A stretch of DNA of 64,000 bases from the NCBI GenBank assembly GCA_964016885.1, contig OZ024749.1, positions 28,768,001 through 28,832,000 of the forward strand, written 5' to 3'. Below, in pieces: positions 45,642 through 58,462 of the stretch. The stretch is from Eledone cirrhosa. Lineage: Eukaryota. Under the pieces are notes generated by a model. That model worked only from the letters and a program-made list of their open reading frames with translations, was not told the origin of the DNA and did no database searches. Positions within the stretch are counted from its first letter, which is position 1. The number at the start of each line of letters is the position of its first letter. A program made the position numbers and the translations under genes.

Positions 45642-46345
45642 AATATATATACACATATATGTGAACATAGACACATACATACACATCAATATACACTCGT
45701 ACAAAAATATACATACATGCAAAGAGAAAAGCGTGCTAATTGTAGTTATGGCAAAAAGAAGGTAAAGTAACATTGTAGTAGTGAAATGAGAAAAACTAGG
45801 ATCTAGGATCAAATGATTGCAGCAGCAGAGAAGGAGTAAGATTGTTGGTAGATGAGGTATTTACAGACAATTGTGTGGTATAGACTTGTGAAGGAAATAG
45901 TATACTTAATGAATATATTTCTGTGGGTAGTAGGTATCCTAATTTAAAGCTATGTTATGTTGGTTCGATTCACGGAGGTTTGAATCTTATGAATTTAGTG
46001 GCTATTCTATGTCTGCAGAAGATAGATCTTTCTAACTTATTATTAAGTAGCCTTTTAACATTTCTAAGGATATACAATAGCTCAAGATCACACAGCCCGC
46101 AATAGGACATCCCTGTACTATAGGTTTTAGCAGCCGACAACTTCGAGCAGTTGATAGTGTAGCTAGCGTTGCTGTCCTTCAATTCCCATATTTTTCTGGC
46201 GAGGGTGGTGGAACCCATAAGTGCTCGATTTTTCATTGAGTGCCTGTGCACATACCATCTTTTCTTAAAAGAACCCGCGGTGGATCCTAGGTAATTCCAA
46301 GTGGAGTTACCCGAGATGACAGTGCACATGTACACCAGGCTCGAA
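44862..46345 (-). mobile_element. 5'-truncated Penelope-like element of a second clade (C-terminal GIY-YIG, 3' UTR, hammerhead)
   Basis: ORF 45970-46345: LVYMCTV...YLGST..SFKKR..H...TTLARKIWELK...YCGLCDLE...LLN...CRH; it ends in (TA)n at ~44862. Confidence 0.82.
45088..45193 (-). ncRNA. hammerhead with U4C core variant and ~80-nt stem II
   Basis: Minus strand: GCT-CCGAAGA-TCTGACTGGTT...GACCAGTTCAGT-GAAAC-AAAT-GTA-AGC. Confidence 0.65.
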
Positions 46346-46579
46346 TCGAGACATATATATATATGATGGGTTTCTGTACAAATTCCGTCTACTAAATTTT
46401 CCTGAAAAGACATTGATCAACTTGAGGATATAGTTTAGGTCTTTTGACAAAGGAACCTCGCAGCTGGACTGAACCTAGACCCAAGTGGTAGTGAAGTGAA
46501 ATCCTTAGTCTGGTTTCTATTTGTCTGGTCTACGTAGATTTGGATTCTATTTTTTCATATAAAATTCTATGTTATAAGT

Positions 46580-48560
46580 GTATAGTGTAGTACAACTGAT
46601 GTGTACAGTAGCAGTGTAGTTGAGTAGATGACAGTGTAACATTGTTCTATACAGTGTAGATAATAAAAGAGAGACAGTGTAGTACAACTGAAGTGTACAG
46701 TAGCAGTGTAGTTGAGTAGATGGCAGTGTAACATTGTTCTATACAGTGTAGACAATAAAAGAGAAGCAGTGTAGTACAACTGATGTGTACAGTAGCAGTG
46801 TAGTTGAGTAGATGACAGTGTAACATTGTTCTATACAGTGTAGATAATAAAATAGAGACAGTGTAGTACAACTGAAGTGTACAGTAGCAGTGTAGTTGAG
46901 TAGATGGCAGTGTAACATTGTTCTATACAGTGTAGACAATAAAAGAGAAGCAGTGTAGTACAACTGATGTGTACAGTAGCAGTGTAGTTGAGTAGATGAC
47001 AGTGTAACATTGTTCTATACAGTGTAGACAATAAAAGAGAGACAGTGTAGTACAACTGAAGTGTACAGTAGCAGTGTAGTTGAGTAGATGACAGTGTAAC
47101 ATTGTTCTATACAGTGTAAACAATAAAAGAGAAGCAGTGTAGTACAACTGATGTGTACAGTAGCAGTGTAGTTGAGTAGATGACAGTGTAACATTGTTCT
47201 ATACAGTGTAGACAATAAAATAGAGACAGTGTAGTACAACTGAAGTGTTCAGTAGCAGTGTAGTTGAGTAGATGACAGTGTAACATTGTTCTATACAGTG
47301 TAGACAATAAAAGAGAAGCAGTGTAGTACAACTGATGTGTACAGTAGCAGTGTAGTTGAGTAGATGACAGTGTAACATTGTTCTATACAGTGTAGACAAT
47401 AAAAGAGCGACAGTGTAGTACAACTGAAGTGTACAGTAGCAGTGTAGTTGAGTAGATGACAGTGTAACATTGTTCTATACAGTGTAGACAATAAAAGAGA
47501 AGCAGTGTAGTACAACTGATGTGTACAGTAGCAGTGTAGTTGAGTAGATGACAGTGTAACATTGTTCTATACAGTGTAGACAATAAAAGAGAGACAGTGT
47601 AGTACAACTGAAGTGTACAGTAGCAGTGTAGTTGAGTAGATGACAGTGTAACATTGTTCTATACAGTGTAGACAATAGAAGAGAGACAGTGTAGTACAAC
47701 TGAAGTGTACAGTAGCAGTGTAGTTGAGTAGATGACAGTGTAACATTGTTCTATACAGTGTAGACAATAAAAGAGAAGCAGTGTAGTACAACTGATGTGT
47801 ACAGTAGCAGTGTAGTTGAGTAGATGACAGTGTAACATTGTTCTATACAGTGTAGACAATAGAAGAGAGACAGTGTAGTACAACTGAAGTGTACAGTAGC
47901 AGTGTAGTTGAGTAGATGACAGTGTAACATTGTTCTATACAGTGTAGACAATAAAAGAGAGACAGTGTAGTACAACTGATGTGTACAGTAGCAGTGTAGT
48001 TGAGTAGATGACAGTGTAACATTGTTCTATACAGTGTAGACAATAAAAGAGAGACAGTGTAGTACAACTGATGTGTACAGTAGCAGTGTAGTTGAGTAGA
48101 TGACAGTGTAACATTGTTCTATACAGTGTAGACAATAGAAGAGAGACAGTGTAGTACAACTGAAGTGTACAGTAGCAGTGTAGTTGAGTAGATGACAGTG
48201 TAACATTGTTCTATACAGTGTAGACAATAAAAGAGAGACAGTGTAGTACAACTGATGTGTACAGTAGCAGTGTAGTTGAGTAGATGACAGTGTAACATTG
48301 TTCTATACAGTGTAGACAATAGAAGAGAGACAGTGTAGTACAACTGATGTGTACAGTAGCAGTGTAGTTGAGTAGATGACAGTGTAACATTGTTCTATAC
48401 AGTGTAGACAATAAAAGAGAGGCAGTGTAGTACAACTGATGTGTACAGTAGCGGTGTAGTTGAGTAGATGGCAGTGTAACATTGTTCTATACAGTGTAGA
48501 CAATAAAAGAGAAGCAGTGTAGTACAACTGATGTGTACAGTAGCAGTGTAGTAGTATACA
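46580..48560. repeat. 92-bp tandem satellite, ~21 highly similar copies
   Basis: The ORF track repeats at exactly 92-bp steps (46647, 46739 ... 48395); the unit is built from CAGTGTA sub-motifs. Confidence 0.97.
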
Positions 48561-49654
48561 GTAGCAGTGTAGTGCTGTAGTGTACATTGTATTAGTGCTG
48601 TATAGTGTAGTGTACAGTGCCAGTGTAGTAGAGTAAAGTACGATATAACAGTTCTATGCAGTGCAGTAATATAGTATACAGTGTGTAGTGGCAGTGTGGT
48701 AATAATTGCTTCTTCTTTTGGCACAAGGCCAGCAATTATCCCAGTGCATTACTGGTGCTTTACTTTATCGACCCCGTAAGGATGAAAGGCAAAGTTAACC
48801 TCGGCGGGATTTGAACTCAGATCATAAAGGGCCGTAACTCTATGCTATAAAGCATGGCGTCCGACCCTCTACCAATACTGCCAATCCACCGTATTGTACT
48901 GTAGAGTACAATAGCAGTGTAGTCGTGTTTATACAATGTAGTATGTACTATAAAGTGTTGTGTATGATGGAACACTGTTCTATACAGTGTACTGTGTTAG
49001 TATAGTTGTGAACGATGTAAACCTGTTCTATACAGTGTAGTTCTATGCTACACTACACTGTTGTAGTTACAGTACAGTACACTCCACTATTATAGTGTAC
49101 TGTACTGTAACAGTGACTATAACATCTATTACAGTTTGGTTTTGCCTCCAGAAAACTAAGTAGAAATGTGTGCACATGTGTGTATATAGGTGTGTATGTA
49201 CATTGTGTGTGAGTTCGTATATATGTATGCGTGTGTTAGTATATATTTGTGTGTGTGTTTAATATATATGTATGTATGTATGTACATGTGGGTGTATATG
49301 TGTGTGTCTGTATGTGTATATATGTAAGTATATATGTGTCTGTATGTCTGCCTGTACGTATGCATGTGTATGTGTGTGTATGTATATATATATATATGTC
49401 TGTATGTATATATCTATATGTGTATGTGTGTATATATATCTATAAGTGTATGGGTGTATGCATCTATGTGTGTGAGGATAAGGATGAGGAGGAAGGGGGG
49501 GGGGGTAAATTACGAAGAACTTTATTGTTAAAGCAATTAACTATCAACTAGAAAGCATTTCCGTTCTCTTCAAGCCAGGAATGATAATTATGCTCGATTT
49601 CTGAATATCGTGCGCTTACACACACATCCACATATTTACTCCGAGAAGCACACA

Positions 49655-49910
49655 CTCACACATTTACTCTGAGAGGCACACACACACACACACACACACA
49701 CATTTACTCTGAGAGGCACACGCACACACGACTCTGAGAGGCACACGCCATACATGAATCTGAGAGGCACACGCACACTGACTCTGAGAGGCACACGCCA
49801 TACATGAATCTGAGAGGCACACACACACACACACACACATTTACTCTGAGAGGCACACGCACACACATGAATCTGAGAGGCACACGCACACACACGACTC
49901 TGAGAAGCAC
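49655..49910. repeat. TCTGAGAGGCACAC motif repeated about nine times with (CA)-rich linkers
   Basis: Directly visible. Confidence 0.85.
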
Positions 49911-52012
49911 ACGACACACAGACCAAATACGCTTGCTCACATACACATTGAAACATACACTCACATGCAGGTTGAAACATACACACACATACACACATAC
50001 AGTGAAACACACACATACAGAACTTTTAGTGGTTTCTATCGTCTGCTTTTTGACGTCTTATTTCTTGTTCTGTCTGTTTAACTGTTTTTAGTTGGAAGAA
50101 GACGAAGAAGTCGAACTGCTGCCATCGATTGAAGACGAATTAGGCAAATTTCCGTCAGTCATAAATTGCCGAACAAAAATTGAAACAAAAACACTAAATA
50201 AAGATAAATAAAGGTAAATATAGGTAAATAAATAAAAAAAATAATATATATAAAATAAAATAAAATAAAATAAATTTGAAAGAAAAAAAAAAAAGCCACC
50301 TCATTCCCACCTCCAACCCTGCTCTCCCTCAAATCCTCTCAATATTGCTTGACAAGGGTGGGTTTGTTCCATGAAAAAAGAACAGATTGTAGATAAATGA
50401 TCGAATAAAACGTTTCTTTTACATTTTCGTTCAGTTTTTTTCATTCTTTTATATTTTCCCCTAATTTTATTTATTTTTCAACCATTTTTTTCTAAATATT
50501 TTTCACTGCTTTTCGTTTATTTTATTTTAATTATTTTTTAAGGTTATTTTTATTTTCCAATCATTTATTTTATACTTTTAATCATTTTTTTTTTATATTT
50601 TTCAATCATTTTATATAGAGAGAGATATTCACATAACACACACACATATATATATATAACATTACATATATACATATATATATATGATATACATATATAT
50701 ATAACATAACATATATGCATATATATATATATACATATATAACATATATATATATAAACATAACATATATACATATATAACATAACATATATACCATAAC
50801 ATATATATATATACCATAACATATATATATAACATAACATATATATATACCATAACATATATATATATACCATAACATATATATATAACATAACATATAT
50901 ATATACCATAACATATATATATATACCATAACATATATATATAACATAACATATATATATATATATAACATAACATATATACATGTATATATATATATAT
51001 AACATATACACATATATATAACATATATTTTTTTATATATAACATATATATAACATATATACAACATATATATATATATATATCGATGATTGTATTATCT
51101 TTTAGATTGATTATTTTGGTATTAATTCTGTAACTGAAAATAAACAAAACCAAACCAGCTGATTGGTGAAGCGAGAATTTCAGTCAGGTATATGTGTGTA
51201 TGTATTATGTATATATGTATATTTGTGTGTGTATGTGTGTATACATGTGTGTGTATGTGTATATGTATGTGTGTGTGTGTATATATATATGTATATGTAT
51301 GTATGTGTGTATATATGTATGTGTGTGTGTATATATGAATGTATGCACATGCGTGTACATGTACGTGTATGCATGAATGAGTGTTTGTGCGTATGTCCAT
51401 GACAGTGTTTGTGTGTGTGTGTATACATGTGTACATGTATGCACATACGTGTATTTATGTATGTATATATGTATGTATGTATATATGCATGAGTGAATGA
51501 GTATGTGCATGAGTGCATGTATGTCTATGTGTGCATGAATGAATGAGTATGTGTATGCATGAGTGAATGAGTGTGCGTATATGCATGCGTTAGTGTGTGT
51601 ATGAGTACATATGTATATGTATTCTGTGAAGAAATGGGTGGCAGACCAACACCTGCTCCTCTGTGGAAACGGTTAACGATTCCTCTCTTGTCTAATTAAA
51701 CAACTGAGACTTCATTTGTTAACGACGGCAAGCGGCCATTGTAATGAACGCCATTAGATGACAATTAAATATCCTGTCTCATTTCCACATCTTTTCCTTT
51801 CAACAGTAGGTCGTCTCTTTTATTACTTTTCTTTACTTAACAGGCACACAAGGTAAGGTAAGCTGACGAACTGTGGGATGAAGCACACACACAGACAGGT
51901 AGACTTAGAGACAGTTTGTGTGTGTGTGTGTCTGTATGTATATATATAGCACCACTTATACAGAGAGGAGAGGGTGAGAGTGATATGTGTGTGTGTGTGT
52001 GTGTGTGTATAC

Positions 52013-52453
52013 CGAAGCAAAAACACAAACACTCATATATATGTAAAATCTAAAAGATACCAGAGATAGTAAAGAATTGTTATTTTGGTCGCAACAGTTT
52101 GAGAAAACAGGTCAGAGAGAGACTGGTTATGTTGTTTAAAGTTAGACATTTCCAGAACTGTTTTAGTTGTAAGAGACAGGTTAGACAATAAGACACGTAT
52201 TGATATGGTTTGTCTGTCTGTCTGTGTCTATGATAGCACAGTAACACACACCACACTACGCAAAATCCCACATAATACTACACCACACACCAGCCCCATT
52301 TCATGTCTGTTATACACCGCACCAACCCACACCAAATCCCACTACATCATACTACACCATACCATTTCATCTGTATGTCTGTATCTATGATGGCACTGTA
52401 ACACACCACACCACTGTACATCACAACACACTACGCCGCACTATTTTTTTATC

Positions 52454-52487
<34 letters not shown>

Positions 52488-52960
52488 AGAAGCAAAAACA
52501 CAAACACACTCACTCATATATATGTAAAATCTAAAAGATACCAGAGATAGTAAAGAATTGTTATTTTGGTCGCAACAGTTTGAGAAAACAGGTCAGAGAG
52601 ACTGGGTTATGTTGTTTAAAGTTAGACATTTCCAGAACTGTTTTAGTTGTAAGAGACAGGTTAGACAATAAGACACGTATTGATATGGTTTGTCTGTCTG
52701 TCTGTCTGTGTCTATGATAGCACAGTAACACACACCACACTACACAAAATCCCACATAATACTACACCACACACCACCCCATTTCATGTCTGTTATACAC
52801 CACACCAACCCACACCAAATCCCACTACATCATACTACACCACACCATTTCATCTGTATGTCTGTATCTATGATGGCACTGTAACACACCACACCACAAT
52901 GCAGCACTGTACATCACAACACACTACGCCACACTATTTTTTTATCTGTGTGTGTGTGTG
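52013..52960. repeat. ~481-bp recent tandem duplication
   Basis: ATGTAAAATCTAAAAGATACC occurs at 52041 and 52522; the two copies are nearly identical. Confidence 0.93.
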
Positions 52961-53526
52961 TGTGATAGCGCTGTAACACACTACACTACAATGCATCACA
53001 CTACACTATACCACATCCCAATGCACCATACTACACCACACCATTCTGTCTGTCTAGGTGTTTATTGTAAGTAAATGTTCAACAAAACAGTCGAGATTTA
53101 ACAGCAAGTGACAGTATAACAATGATTGAAATAAACAGTAGACTAAGACAAATTATATGAAACCTTCTAAAATATGTGGTTAAGATTGTTATGGAAAAAT
53201 TGGTGCAATGCAAGTTAGAAATAAAGGAGTGGAAAGTAGAACTGAATAAGAAAGACCCTAGTTTGCACTTTTACTTTATATTTCATGATATTTTGAGGTT
53301 GTGAGCCCTTTTTCAATAAATATATGAAATATAAGGTTAAAGTATAAACTGCTGTTTTGTTTCATTTTGTTTATTTTACTTTATACTAGATTTCATTCCT
53401 GTATTTCAAATTGAAATTGTAGCAGCTTTCCCAGGACAATTATAGAAACTGACAGATGGGTTGACAAAGTTAGATAGATAGAGACATGCATATGGAGAGA
53501 GATAGATAGGCAGAAGGATGTATATA

Positions 53527-54907
53527 TCATCATCATCATCATTGTTTAACGTCCATATTCCATGCTTGCATGGGTTTGGACGGGAGTTTTCCCACTTGAG
53601 GCAAGATTGGTTGTCTTGCTCGCATAGGACTGTCTGGCGAGTTTTCTACGGCTGGATGCCCTTCCTAACACCAACCACATTTACAGTGTGGAACTGGGAG
53701 GTTTTTACCGTGTTACCTACACGGCCATATTACAGCGTGGACTGTGTGTTTTTTTGTTGTGACACCTACACGACCTCATTTGTTTCGGGCTGGATGTTGT
53801 GGTACCAATATAACTTTACATTGAAAGGGGTGGTGTGGATGGGGTGGGGTAGTGGGACGGGGGGTGTATTTTGTTAGAGGTGCCTACTGACTGTAGTAGG
53901 TTTCACATTGTACTTAGGTAAGGCGGGTCTTCTCTATTACTGTGTAGCGCCAAAGGTCTCGGTCCAGTGACATTGTCTTGGAGAGGTGTAAGTGTGTGAG
54001 GTTGGAATTTATCAAGTCGTCTTAGGTTTTTCTGGGTCTGTCTACTCCGTGGCTACCGTCTATTTTTATTGCCCTGCACTTTTTTATACAGCCGTCGTCT
54101 TTCATGCGCATCACGTGACCATACCAACGTAGTCTTCTCTCGAGTAAACAACATCTGATCCCTCTTATTTCTAATTTTTCCCTTAGTTCGTTTATGCTTT
54201 GCCGTTCACATATATTACTATTCCACATCCAGAGGAGCATGCAAGCTTCGTTCCTCTCCAGTCTGCGTATATCCTCTGCACACAATGCCCAGGTCTCACT
54301 GCCATGCAACATTGCTGTTCGTATGCAGGCATCATACAGCCTGCCTTTCATTTTTAGGGAGAACCCTTTCGCGGCTAATAGTGGTATAAGCTCTCTGAAC
54401 TTTTTCCATCCAGTTCTGACTCTAGCTACTGTACTTTCAGAACCCCCCCCCTCCACTGCTGATTTTGTCACCCAGGTAACGGAAGCTGTCCACTATTTCT
54501 ATAGAACCATCTGTGCAATGGAATGAGCTAGTATTCTGTGGGCACTTGCTGCTACTTATTGCACCAGAGCACCGGCCACATAAAATCTATGTTCTTAGTT
54601 AGCTTACCTGTGATCCCACTACATCTTTTATGCACCCATACTTTGCATTTGGGACATAAAATGGAGTTTCTACCTACTCCATTCCTACACACTGAGCATG
54701 GCCATTTCCCGGATGGGACCGGCGCCCTATTTTCCTTCCTACAAACTAGAACTTTAGTCTTAGACAGGTTAATTTTAAGGCCTTTTGATTCTAGGCCATG
54801 CTTCCATGTTTGGAATTTCTTCTCTAGTTCGGCCATTGATTCAGTTATGAGCGTTAGATCATCTGCGTATAGGAGTTCCCATGGGAAGCTGGTCTTGAAC
54901 TCCACTG
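53527..54907 (-). mobile_element. 5'-truncated RTE-clade LINE (RT C-terminus with embedded PHD-like finger, 3' UTR, (ATG)n tail)
   Basis: PWELLYADDL, GLKINLSKTK, CSVC..C..C.VWVHKRC, MLHGSETW, RRLRWYGHVMRM; frameshifted. Confidence 0.92.
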
Positions 54908-56390
54908 GATAGATAGACAGAGAGAGTCATATGGACAGATAGATAAATAGATAGAGAGACATATGGATAGATTGATAGACAGATACAGACATATAGATAA
55001 ATAGATAGAGAGGTAGACAGACAGATAGAAAGTTGTAGAAATGAGGTATTTAACCAACACAAAACACTGCCAATTCATAGACAATAGAATTCATCATCAT
55101 CATAATCATTATTTAACATCCAATAAGGATTAGAAGAGGGGGTCATCAACAGGCCAGGTCAGTACTGAAGCAGAGCTACTGACCACAAGGATAGGCTAGG
55201 ATCAAGCATCTCACAGAGAACAATTCACTGCCAATGGGTTTATCACCATCATCCACTTTCCATGCTAATAAGGGTTGGAGCAAGTCATCAACAGACCAGG
55301 TCAGTAATGAAGCAGAGCTACTGACCTCCAGGATAGGCCAGGAGCCAGCACCACAGATAGAACAATTCACTGCCAATGGATTTAAAGGATAACAACTCAA
55401 AACATAAAATAAAACTAACATTTTTATTGGGAAAAAACAAAACAGAAAAAAAAGAAAAAAATGTATATCACAATAAAAAACAATAATGAAAGAGAATTGA
55501 AAGAAATATAAGTTTCTAGGTGACCCTCATTTCTTACATATGTTGTATGTATGGATGTGAAGGCCTCCATGCCTCAACAGTATATAACAGCAACCACCAC
55601 CCATCCCTTCCCACAATCCAACAACATTCATTTCATCTTTTTTTTCTTTCTTTTATAACAACTTGTTGATTTATACAGTGGAATGTCAAAATGGAAAATA
55701 CATGATCCCTTAAACAGAAACAGACATACAAAACACACCTTTAAATCTACCCCTAAAATTGTTACAAATATCCCAATCATCAAACAATGTTTATAAAGAC
55801 AAAAAGTTTTTCTACTTTATAAAGTCTCATGTTTTAGTTTAACATAAATTTGATGGAGGTAAAACTGTATTTGGTTTACACTCGGTAATGGAGGAGGTTT
55901 ATTGTTTAATTTCAACGGTATTATATAATTTATATAGATTCAAGAGAAGAAAGGTTTGAAAATTGTGTGGTAGAGAGGGGGGGGAAGAGCAGGGAAAGAG
56001 AGAGAGAGATAGAGAGATAAAAGAGAGATCAGAGAATAAGTGGGAGAGACAGAGATCAAAGAATGAGAAAGCATGAGAGATGAAAGATCGAGAGATGAGA
56101 GAGAGAGAGACTTACTAGCAATAAAGAATATAAAGTTTCTGGTTAATTTTAACAATTAGTTCAATATTTTAGAACACATTAATTGGTTTGATTTGATTTG
56201 ATTGATTGGCTGTGATTAAAGATTAAAGATCTACAACATACACGAGACTGTTGTCTCACTAAGACTGCCAAAACAACCTTACTGATGTGGTGTGTGTGTT
56301 TGTATATATATATATATAAACACACACACACACACATCAGTAAGATTGCTTCAAAAACAAACCTCACTGATATATATATATATATATATA

Positions 56391-56490
56391 CAGGGTGCCC
56401 CCAAAAATTGACATCACTTCGTAATCTAATAACATAGCCGAATCAAATATTCACATCTCAAATGATGTCAATTTTGAGGGGACACCTATG
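56391..56490. mobile_element. 100-bp Tc1/mariner-type MITE in the probable ATP6AP2 3' UTR
   Basis: TA-flanked; CAGGGTGCCCCCAAAAATTGACATCA pairs with TGATGTCAATTTTGAGGGGACACCTATG. Confidence 0.72.
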
Positions 56491-56651
56491 TATGTATATA
56501 ATATACACATACATCAGTAAGACTGCTTGAAAGTCAATCTATCTCAAAAAGTCTGTATTGAAATATTTTCCTATTCCCCTGACACAAAACAACTTTCACA
56601 CACAACAGGTGAACTTCAATAATTATTTTCTAATACTCAATGTGACAAGAA

Positions 56652-56846
56652 CTATTCCTTTTTCAATCTTTGGCTGGTCATTCTGTAGATAACGCTGTCA
56701 CGGCCTGGGTCCATGTTCCAAATTCCGTAACATATCACGAACAGAGCTACCATCAATACAACCATACCCCACAGAATTATGTTGAAAATGGAAGCATAAT
56801 TTTCGGAATAATCTCCAACCAGATTCAGAGGTGTTTCCTTAGGTTC
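56652..56846 (-). CDS. ATP6AP2: terminal exon of (pro)renin receptor / V-ATPase accessory protein 2 (TM helix and cytosolic tail)
   Basis: Poly-T plus CAG acceptor, phase 0. It translates EPKETPLNLVGDYSENYASIFNIILWGMVVLMVALFVICYGIWNMDPGRDSVIYRMTSQRLKKE*, matching the diagnostic WNMDPG.DS.IYRMT. Absent from the ORF track. Confidence 0.96.
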   Translation of the reverse strand, partial: EPKETPLNLVGDYSENYASIFNIILWGMVVLMVALFVICYGIWNMDPGRDSVIYRMTSQRLKKE

Positions 56847-57629
56847 CTGAAAAAAAAAAAGATTTATTATTAAGACTTAAACTCTTAAACTCCTGTTATG
56901 ATTTAGTAAAAAATATCTAAAAATAACTGCTTAGAAATTTTACTGATGGACAAATTGTTGTGTAAACTTACAGTATCATAGAAATTTAACATCTTTTAAT
57001 GATTTAGTAGAAAAATATCTAAAATCTGCTTAGAAATTTTATTGGTGGACAGATTGTCATGAAAATTTGACATCTTTTAATGACTCATTAGAAAATATTT
57101 AAAATCTACTTAGTAATTTTATTGGTGAACAGATTGTTGTGAACATTTGCAGTATTGTGAACATTTGCAGTATTGTGAACAATTGACTTATTTTAATTAC
57201 TTATTTTAATTACTTATTAGCAAAAAAAATATAAAAAGTTTTGTTAATTCAGATATGTATAGTAAGATCATTGTGAAAATATGCAGAATTTTTAATGTGA
57301 TGCAGTAATAGAGCTATTTTGTATTTTTCAAGGGTGTCTGTACATGTCTGTGAGATTGTGTATGCATGTGAGTGTATGTTAATGTGTGTGTTTGTACATG
57401 TGTGAGAATGTGTATGCATGGAAATGTGTTCGTATTGTACATGTCTGTGAGAATGTGTATGTATATGTGAGTGTACATGTTAGTGTACGTATTTGTGAGA
57501 ATGTATATATGCATGTGTGTACATGTCTGAGAATGTGTATGCATGTGTACGTGTCTGAGAATGAGTGTGTGTGTGTCACCCTCAACTATCCAGTCCCCTC
57601 AAAGAAACTTCACTCAACACAAAACTTAC

Positions 57630-57743
57630 AGCAGCCTGCATCAAACTCCTGGTTTTATGCAGCATGTCTCCATGTATGGGTTGTGTGATCAGAACCTCAA
57701 CAATCACACCATCATCATAGATGTTTCGGAAGTCAGCTGTCAT
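57630..57743 (-). CDS. ATP6AP2: penultimate exon of ATP6AP2 (luminal segment with the processing site)
   Basis: TTCTTCTCCTCTTTCAG acceptor and GTAAGT donor, 114 bp, phase 0/0. MTADFRNIYDDGVIVEVLITQPIHGDMLHKTRSLMQAA aligns with vertebrate FADDMYSLYGGNAVVELV...RKTRTIL. Confidence 0.92.
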
Positions 57744-58159
57744 CTGAAAGAGGAGAAGAAGGAGACATCAAACAATGGAACACCTGACACATGAAAGTAT
57801 TTTGTCATTATATCCCATATAACAGCTTAATGATTAAAAAGTGAGTTATATCATATATTATTTTTTTCAAATTCTTAAACATTTCCAAAATTACTTAAAA
57901 CACACAGGTAGTGTCTTTCATTAAGAATATGTTACTGTTTCATCCAGCCCATGCTAGTGTGTGTATGGGGGGGGGGGGGGGGGGGTGATGCAAATTTAAT
58001 GATAGTCATGTCTATAACTACAATATGATAGAGTATGATTTGAGGGAAATTTAGCAGCTATTTTTACAATACTAATTGGCTATGTATAGGTTTTGTTGTT
58101 GGTTTAACCTATTTCTCAGTTAAGGGCAGCAGTGGTATATATATATATATATATATATT

Positions 58160-58378
58160 GACAGTCGATCGACTTTCATCAAATCGGACCGAGGAAACAA
58201 TGTTTCTGTTGGTCTTTCCAATTGCTAATACTATCTATCGGTCGCAACTCCAGGCAGAAGGAGCAACGTGAAATAAAGTGTCTTGCTCAAGGACATAACT
58301 CATTGCTCGGTCCGGGAATTGAACTCACAACCTCACGATAGCAAATCCAATTCTCTAACCACTCAGCCACGCACCTTC
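58160..58378 (-). mobile_element. tRNA-derived SINE, family 2
   Basis: Reverse-complement homolog of 5945-6160. Confidence 0.85.
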
Positions 58379-58381
58379 ACT

Positions 58382-58402
58382 ATATTCAATATAACCCATA
58401 CT

Positions 58403-58462
<60 letters not shown>

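Noticed and set aside
46567-48724. Series of near-identical 74-aa ORFs resembling a tandem peptide gene array
   Set aside because: They overlap one another at 92-bp steps, an artefact of a satellite whose unit is not a multiple of three.
49655-49910. Constant motif with variable spacers, CRISPR-like at first sight
   Set aside because: The spacers are low-complexity CA repeats that recur, the context is eukaryotic, and there are no cas genes.
56670-56873. + strand 67-aa ORF (and 57543-57794)
   Set aside because: These are antisense shadows of the real minus-strand ATP6AP2 exons.
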